The notes under the pieces were generated by a model that searched no databases, was not told the origin of the DNA, and saw nothing but the letters and a program-made list of their open reading frames with translations. Positions 58,201-64,000 of a stretch of 64,000 nt of DNA are shown one piece after another. The translations under genes and the position numbers were made by a program. Each line of letters opens with the position of its first letter. Position 1 is the stretch's first letter. This DNA comes from Candidatus Eiseniibacteriota bacterium (GTDB taxonomy: Bacteria > Eisenbacteria > RBG-16-71-46 > CAVPCR01). The stretch covers positions 1,472,001 through 1,536,000 of the forward strand of contig CAWGMA010000001.1 in NCBI GenBank assembly GCA_963823555.1. Reading direction: 5' to 3'.

Positions 58201-59533
58201 TCTCGATCACGATCGACAACACGCCGCCGGTGGCGGTCACGAACCTCACGGCCACGCAGGTCAAGGCCGCGAATGACTCGGATGGCACGACGAAGATCAC
58301 CCTCAACTTCACCGTCCCGGGAGACGCGGCGGTGACCGAGGTCTACCGGGCGCCCTACGGGAACTATCCCGAGTACGACGACCCGACGCCGACTCCGGGC
58401 GCCGTGCCGAGCGCTCCCTCCTATCCGCCGGCTGCACCCTGGGCTCCGACCGGCGTCACGGGAACCGGGCAGACCGATGAGGTGGCCTGGCCGGCGCGTG
58501 ACTTCTGGTACTACGCCGTCTTCACCAAGGACGCCTGCGGCAACGTGTCCGCGGTCTCGAACATGACCGACGGAACGCTCAACTACCACCTCGGCGATGT
58601 CACGGCACGCCTCCGGCGCAGGGGACAATGTGGTCGGTTACCGTGGACATCTCGCTCCTCGGAGCTCACTACGGCATCACCCTCATTCCCAACGATCCAT
58701 TCAACTACCTCGACGTCGGTCCCACCACCGACTACTCGGTGGATGCCCGGCCGACGACGGACAACCTCATCAACTTCGAGGACCTGATCGTCTTCGCCAT
58801 CAACTACGAACTGGTCGGCAAGAACGCAGCCCCATCCGGTATCAACGACATCCCGGACGGCAGACCGACGCTCGTGCTCCGCACCGAGGCGACGGCCGAT
58901 GGCATCCTCGCCCACCTCGTCCTCGCGGATAACCCGGGCAGCGTGAAGGGTATCCACGCCGTGATCGAGTCCGACCCAGGGCTCGCCCTGGTCACGGTCG
59001 AAGAGGGAGCTCTTCTCGCGGGCCAGGAGGACATCTTCTTCCGCCATCTGGCCGAAGGCGGTACCGGCATCCATGCCGCGGCGCTCGGCAACGGGGTCGC
59101 GATCCACGGCTCCGGCGAGGTCGCCACGCTCCGCTATCGCGGTCGCGGCGACGTGCGCCTGGCGGTGACCGATCTCCGCGATCTCGACAATCGCTTCCTC
59201 GGTGATCCGCCGACGACGACGGCGGTGGCCGAGGCGGCACAGGCCGTGATCCCCGAGCGCTTCGCGCTCCTCGCGGCCCAGCCCAATCCCTTCAACCCGT
59301 CGACCACGCTCCGCTTCAACCTGCCGGTGGCCTCGCACGCCACGCTCGCGATCTACGACGTGAGCGGGCAGCTGGTGCGCATGCTCGTCGACGGCGATCT
59401 ACAACCGGGCGAGTTCTCCGCCTACTGGGACGGCCGGAACGGCCGGGGCCAGACGGTGAGCTCGGGTGTGTATCTGGTGCGGATGCGGGCCGGCAGTTTC
59501 GAGGCCACGCAGAAGCTCCAGCTCCTCAAGTAA
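55215..59533 (+). CDS. Secreted protein D: alpha/alpha toroid (QW-repeat-like), beta-helix, cohesin-like, YPEYDD Ig, dockerin-like, cohesin-like, CTD; two frameshifts at about 58.60-58.64 kb
   Basis: ORFs 55215-58787, 58597 (GAGDNVVG) and 58628-59533 join colinearly with intact paralog E; QxxxGxW-like motifs in the N-terminal part. Confidence 0.75.
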
Positions 59534-59542
59534 GAACGATCC

Positions 59543-59575
59543 GGGGCGGGGAGCTTCTGCGCTCCCCGCCCCTTT
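59543..59575 (+). terminator. Strong GC hairpin with a short U-tract between D and E (terminator or stabiliser)
   Basis: GGGGCGGGGAGC-TTCTGC-GCTCCCCGCCCC-TTT. Confidence 0.6.
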
Positions 59576-59620
59576 CGACTCCGCGACCGCCGGGCGGAGC
59601 CCACAAGGAGGACAGGGCCG

Positions 59621-62600
59621 ATGCAATCACACTCACGCTTCTGGATTCCGGTGCTGATCATGATGGTCGCCGTTGCGGCCATCACGCTGCCCCCGACCAG
59701 CGCCGGCGCACGTGTTTCCCCGACCGAAGATGCGCCGGGGGGCGCCGACCTCGATCGCACCCCGGTCGAGACTCCGGGCGACGCCAGCGATGTGAAGAAC
59801 CTCGCTACCGGTCTGTTCTACGACAGCGTGGCCCTGGCTCTGGCCGACCCCCTCACACTCGACGGTCATACGCTGGAAGTGCAGAGCAGCTATGCGGAGG
59901 GCCTGGTCGACGTCAACAAGGCGGTCACCATCCAGGGGCTCTTGGGATCCGAGGTCATCACGCCGACCACGAACACCGGGAGCTCGGGTGACGCTCGTGG
60001 CTGGTTCCTTGTCACCGTTCCCGGAGTGACCATCAAGAACCTCAACTTCGATGGCACCGGCTTTCTCATTCAGCAGGCGGTCCGCTGCCTCGAGGATGTC
60101 GTCATCGAAGACTGCTCGTTCTCGAACATCAGCTACTCCCTCTACACCGGCATCGGAGTGGTCGGATTCAAGATTACGACGGTCAATCGATGCAGCTTTG
60201 CCAACATCGAGCGCATCGGCATCATCCTCTTCGGGCTCGACGCCAATGGGTTCGTCAACGAGTGTACCTACACCGGGAAGGGCATCGTCGACGGCCTCGA
60301 CTACGGAATCGAGCTGGGCGGAGGAGCCATCGCCGCTCTGTACAACAACACGATCACCAATTGCCTGGGAGTCGCATCGAGCGACGGCTCGACCTCGGCT
60401 GCCACCCTCATCACGACCTACTTCGGCCTGGGGACCATGGGAGATGTCTCCCATAACTTCCTCAACAACAACACAGCTGCGATTGCGGCCGGATATGATG
60501 CGGCCGACGAGTCGATGGTGATGGCTTACGAGAACGACTTCTCAGGGAACCTATCCTACGGTGTCGAGAACACTTCGTCGATCAGGATCACGGACGCCTC
60601 CGCCAACTGGTGGGGCACCAATGACCGCACCACGGTCGCGTCCCTGACCTCGGGCACCGTCGACTACACGCCCTGGACCGATGTGGGCACCGACACATCG
60701 GCGGATCCTGGCTTCCAGCCCGACCTCTCGACGCTCCACGTCGATGCCGCAAGCCCACAACTGGGCTCTAGCATCCTGCAAGAGGCCATCCAGCTCGTAA
60801 GCGGTAGCACCGTCATCGCAGGGCCTGGCACCTACGTCGGGGGTATCAACCTCAACAAGTCGGTAACGCTCCTTGGCGCTCAGAGCGGCGTTCCGGCATG
60901 TGGCCGCGTGGTCGGCCCGCCGAATCCGGCGGTCGAATCGATCATCACCGGCGGCGGGACGCCCCTACTCAAGCTCCTCGGCGGCTGCGCCGGCAGCGTG
61001 ATCGACGGCTTCGCCTTCATCGGCGGCGCCAAGGGCATCGAATCCAGCTCCGGCCCGATCAACAACGTGCAGATCCTGAACAACCACATTGCCGGCTTCA
61101 CGGGCAGCGGCGTCTTCTTGAACGATTCGGGAACCGACATTACCGTGGATCAAAACAACATCGATGGATCGAGCCAGACGGGCGCCGGTGGTATCTTCCA
61201 CCTCGATCAGGACAACTTCGATGGGTTGCACTTCACCAGCAACTGCGTCCTCAATTCCGTCAACGGTACCGGCCTCTTCGTCGATGGCAATCACAATGTC
61301 GGCGCCAGCGGGCTTCGCACGCCGCTCATCGACGGCAACCAGTTCACCGCCAATAACACAGGAACGAATCTCGGACGGTTTGCGTTCGAGTTCGGAACCA
61401 TCAGCAACAACACCTTCTCCGGGAGTGGGTTTGACGGATTGCAGGGCGGCATCCAGAACACGGCGATCACGGGCAACACCTTCTCCGGGAACGGCCGTTT
61501 CGGACTCGCCCTGACCGGTTTCGGAGGCAGCAGTGATCCCACGCGCGGAGCACAGAACTGCACCATCACGGGGAACAGCTTCACCAGCAATGTGAGCGCG
61601 GGGCTGCTGTTCAGCGGGAGTCAGTACCCTGGCACCATCTCGACGAACATCGCCAACAACAACAACTTCACCGGAAACATCGGCCCAGGCGCGTCGTATT
61701 CGGGCACCGAGACCCTGGATCTCACCTGCAACTGGTGGAGTGACCTGGGCGGCCCGGACTACTCGCCGACCAATCCCAATCCGCCTGGAGACGCAATCGT
61801 CGCGGCCAGCGCGCTTTTCGCCCCGTGGCTGAACGGCGCTGCTCCGGGCGGCAGCTGTGACCAGTACGGCAACAATACGATCGCGGCGAACACGACGGGG
61901 CTCTGCATCTCGACGGCGACGACCTGCGTGACCGTGCCGGTCGAGTTCAACCGGCTCGACGCGAGCCCGGCCCGCGCCGTGAGCGTCACGATCCAGCTCA
62001 GCTCGAACATCGAGCTGTGCGGCGCCATCACCCAGGGCACCTGGATCGGGCCCTACAACTCGGTCTTCCAGGTCATCGACAACACCGGTGGATCCTACAC
62101 CGTGGATCAATCGATCCTCGGCACACCCTGCGGGATCACGACCGGGGGCACCCTCTTCACGGTGCCGGTCCGGAAGACCACGGCCGCCGGCGACGGCACG
62201 GGAACCATCACCGTGACCGCAGCCGATGTCCGTGATTGCGGTAATCCCGCTGTGACGCTGCCGGGCATTGCTGGCGCCCCGGCCTCGATTCCGATCGACA
62301 TCACGGCCCCGGCGGCGGTGGCGCTGACCGCCGCTCAGGATCTCACCTCGAACGGCACCGACGGCACGACCTCGATCGATGTCACCGTCCCCAACACGGT
62401 GGTCGCGGGCGACGAGGTCCGCGTCTACCGCAAGGGCTTCGGCAACTACCCGGAGTACGATGACCCGCCCAGTCCGGGTGCGGTGCCCATGATACCCACC
62501 ACGGAGGCAGCGGCGCTGGGCACGGGCTGGACCCTCGCCTTCTCGACCACCGGTCCCTACCCCATCACGGTCCCGAACGAGCCCACGACCCGGGACTTCT

Positions 62601-63634
62601 GGTACTACGTGGCCTTTGCCGAGGATCCCTGTGGCAACGTGGGCGGGGCCACCGCGATCACGGGCGGCAACCTCAACTACCACCTCGGCGATGTCACCGA
62701 CGGCACGACGCCCGGCAACGGCGACAACTTCGTCGATGGCGCCGACATCTCCGCGCTGGGGACAGCCTACGGCCAGGTGGACGGCGGGCCTTTCTACCAG
62801 AACTACATCGATGTCGGACCCACCACCGATGGCTCCACGCGCGGTCGCCCGATCACCGACAACCAGATCGAGTTCGAGGACCTGATCCTCTTCGCGATCA
62901 ACTACGGGAACGTGAGCCTGAACGCCCCGGCGGGTGGTTTGGCGGACGTGCCTGACGGCAGGCCCGTACTCCTCCTCCGCACCGAGGCCACCGCCGACGG
63001 CATCCTCGCCCACCTCGTGCTCGAGGACAACGCCGGCCAGGTCAAGGGCATCCACGCCGTCCTCGAGTTCGATCCAGGGCTCAGCCTGGTCGCGGTCGAG
63101 GAGGGGGCGCTCCTCCAGGCTCAGGGCCAGCCGGTCTTCTTCCGTCACCTGGAGGAAGCCGGTGCCGGCATCCACACCGCCGTCCTCGGTAACGGCATCG
63201 GCCTCCACGGCACAGGCGATGTCGCCACGGTGCGCTTCCGGGGCCGCGGCGAGGTGCGGCTCGGCCTCGCCGACCTCCGGGATCTCGATAACCATGCCAT
63301 CGGCGATCCGCCCCAGACCACCGGCATCGAGCCGGCGGCGGTGACACCCACGCCCGAGCGCTTCGAGCTGCTCGCGGCGCAACCCAATCCCTTCAATCCG
63401 TCGACCACGCTGCGCTTCCGGCTGCCGCAGGCGGCTCACACCACGATCTCGATCTATGATGTGAGCGGGCAGCTCGTGCGCACCCTCGTTGACGGCGATC
63501 TGCAACCGGGCGAGCACACCGCCTTCTTCGATGGGCGGAACGCTCGGGGCCAGACGGTGAGCTCCGGCGTCTATCTGGTGCGCATGCGGGCCGGCAGCTT
63601 CGAGGCCACGCAGAAGCTCCATCTCCTCAAGTAG
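59621..63634 (+). CDS. Secreted protein E: two beta-helix domains, cohesin-like, YPEYDD Ig, dockerin-like, cohesin-like, CTD
   Basis: Signal peptide; NosD/pectin-lyase-like repeats, NWWG, VDYTPW; YHLGD..GNGDNFVDGADI; DNQIEFEDLILFAINYG; PNPFNPST CTD. Confidence 0.82.
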   Translation: MQSHSRFWIPVLIMMVAVAAITLPPTSAGARVSPTEDAPGGADLDRTPVETPGDASDVKNLATGLFYDSVALALADPLTLDGHTLEVQSSYAEGLVDVNKAVTIQGLLGSEVITPTTNTGSSGDARGWFLVTVPGVTIKNLNFDGTGFLIQQAVRCLEDVVIEDCSFSNISYSLYTGIGVVGFKITTVNRCSFANIERIGIILFGLDANGFVNECTYTGKGIVDGLDYGIELGGGAIAALYNNTITNCLGVASSDGSTSAATLITTYFGLGTMGDVSHNFLNNNTAAIAAGYDAADESMVMAYENDFSGNLSYGVENTSSIRITDASANWWGTNDRTTVASLTSGTVDYTPWTDVGTDTSADPGFQPDLSTLHVDAASPQLGSSILQEAIQLVSGSTVIAGPGTYVGGINLNKSVTLLGAQSGVPACGRVVGPPNPAVESIITGGGTPLLKLLGGCAGSVIDGFAFIGGAKGIESSSGPINNVQILNNHIAGFTGSGVFLNDSGTDITVDQNNIDGSSQTGAGGIFHLDQDNFDGLHFTSNCVLNSVNGTGLFVDGNHNVGASGLRTPLIDGNQFTANNTGTNLGRFAFEFGTISNNTFSGSGFDGLQGGIQNTAITGNTFSGNGRFGLALTGFGGSSDPTRGAQNCTITGNSFTSNVSAGLLFSGSQYPGTISTNIANNNNFTGNIGPGASYSGTETLDLTCNWWSDLGGPDYSPTNPNPPGDAIVAASALFAPWLNGAAPGGSCDQYGNNTIAANTTGLCISTATTCVTVPVEFNRLDASPARAVSVTIQLSSNIELCGAITQGTWIGPYNSVFQVIDNTGGSYTVDQSILGTPCGITTGGTLFTVPVRKTTAAGDGTGTITVTAADVRDCGNPAVTLPGIAGAPASIPIDITAPAAVALTAAQDLTSNGTDGTTSIDVTVPNTVVAGDEVRVYRKGFGNYPEYDDPPSPGAVPMIPTTEAAALGTGWTLAFSTTGPYPITVPNEPTTRDFWYYVAFAEDPCGNVGGATAITGGNLNYHLGDVTDGTTPGNGDNFVDGADISALGTAYGQVDGGPFYQNYIDVGPTTDGSTRGRPITDNQIEFEDLILFAINYGNVSLNAPAGGLADVPDGRPVLLLRTEATADGILAHLVLEDNAGQVKGIHAVLEFDPGLSLVAVEEGALLQAQGQPVFFRHLEEAGAGIHTAVLGNGIGLHGTGDVATVRFRGRGEVRLGLADLRDLDNHAIGDPPQTTGIEPAAVTPTPERFELLAAQPNPFNPSTTLRFRLPQAAHTTISIYDVSGQLVRTLVDGDLQPGEHTAFFDGRNARGQTVSSGVYLVRMRAGSFEATQKLHLLK

Positions 63635-63666
63635 AACTGAGGTAGAATTGGATGAGGGTTGAGCGA

Positions 63667-63695
63667 GGCCGGGGCGCCACCAGGGCGCCCCGGCC
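63667..63695 (+). other. Intergenic 12-bp stem-loop after E
   Basis: GGCCGGGGCGCC-ACCAG-GGCGCCCCGGCC with no U-tract. Confidence 0.5.
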
Positions 63696-63735
63696 CGCCT
63701 CCCAGAACCGATCACCGCTTCACGAAGGGGTCGCC

Positions 63736-64000
63736 ATGCGGACTTCCTCGACTGCCGCCATCCTCCTTGCCACGTTCGTCCTCGTGCTCTCCGCCTCGGC
63801 AACGGCGCAACCGGCGGACTTCAACGCCTTCCTGCTGCCCGAGCTGAGCACGATCGACGTCGGGGACACTGTGTTCGTCCGCTTCGAAGTGGATGCGACG
63901 GCGATGGAGTTCAACGGCTATGAAGTGACGATCCAGTACGACCCCACGATCGTCGACTTCCTGCCGCCAGTGATCGAGGGTCCGCTCATGACCGGCGCTT
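63736..64000 (+). CDS. Secreted cohesin-like domain protein F (truncated by window edge)
   Basis: Manual translation MRTSSTAAILLATFVLVLSASATAQ...VGDTVFVRFEV...FNGYEVTIQYDP...IEGPLM, similar to the start of protein C. Confidence 0.72.
   Translation, partial: MRTSSTAAILLATFVLVLSASATAQPADFNAFLLPELSTIDVGDTVFVRFEVDATAMEFNGYEVTIQYDPTIVDFLPPVIEGPLMTGA

Noticed and set aside
47878..64000. Diversity-generating retroelement, CRISPR array or true cellulosome as an explanation for the repeats
   Set aside because: No reverse transcriptase, no adenine-specific TR/VR pair and no spaced direct repeats; no recognisable cellulase domains or multi-cohesin scaffoldin in the window.

Overview
High-GC bacterial chromosomal window. 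The PorV-like barrel, FlgD/T9SS-type C-terminal sorting domains and Bacteroidota-like bS22 suggest (inference) an FCB-related lineage such as Ca. Eisenbacteria/Latescibacterota/Krumholzibacteriota. Left to right: a mutagenesis cassette (small ImuB-C-like protein, dinB, dnaE2 running off the left edge); a PilZ protein; tdh-queE; a long minus-strand run (rnr, PilZ, PorV-like, thiSGE, glgD/glgC, BON-like, TPR, pseudo-PP2C/PEGA, lipoprotein, OM barrel); HU/IHF plus an unlisted 31-aa bS22; sppA; a candidate sigma54-driven structured ncRNA; orphan oppDF; several envelope/secreted proteins; gcvT-H-PA-PB, followed by an uncharacterised GlmL/MutL-like ASKHA ATPase, a hybrid-motif protein and four membrane proteins, ending in a lipoate ligase. 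The last 16 kb is a tandem array of at least six secreted proteins: four large ones share a cohesin-like / 'YPEYDD' Ig / dockerin-like / cohesin-like / sorting-domain tail, and two small ones start with a cohesin-like domain. The best candidates for undescribed systems are this cohesin-dockerin array, the GlmL-membrane module inside the glycine-cleavage/lipoate locus, and the sigma54 ncRNA. No CRISPR array, tRNA/rRNA or transposase/integrase was seen. Frameshifts at about 39.2-41.2 kb and 58.6 kb look like consensus errors. All domain calls come from motif recognition by eye, with no database searches.
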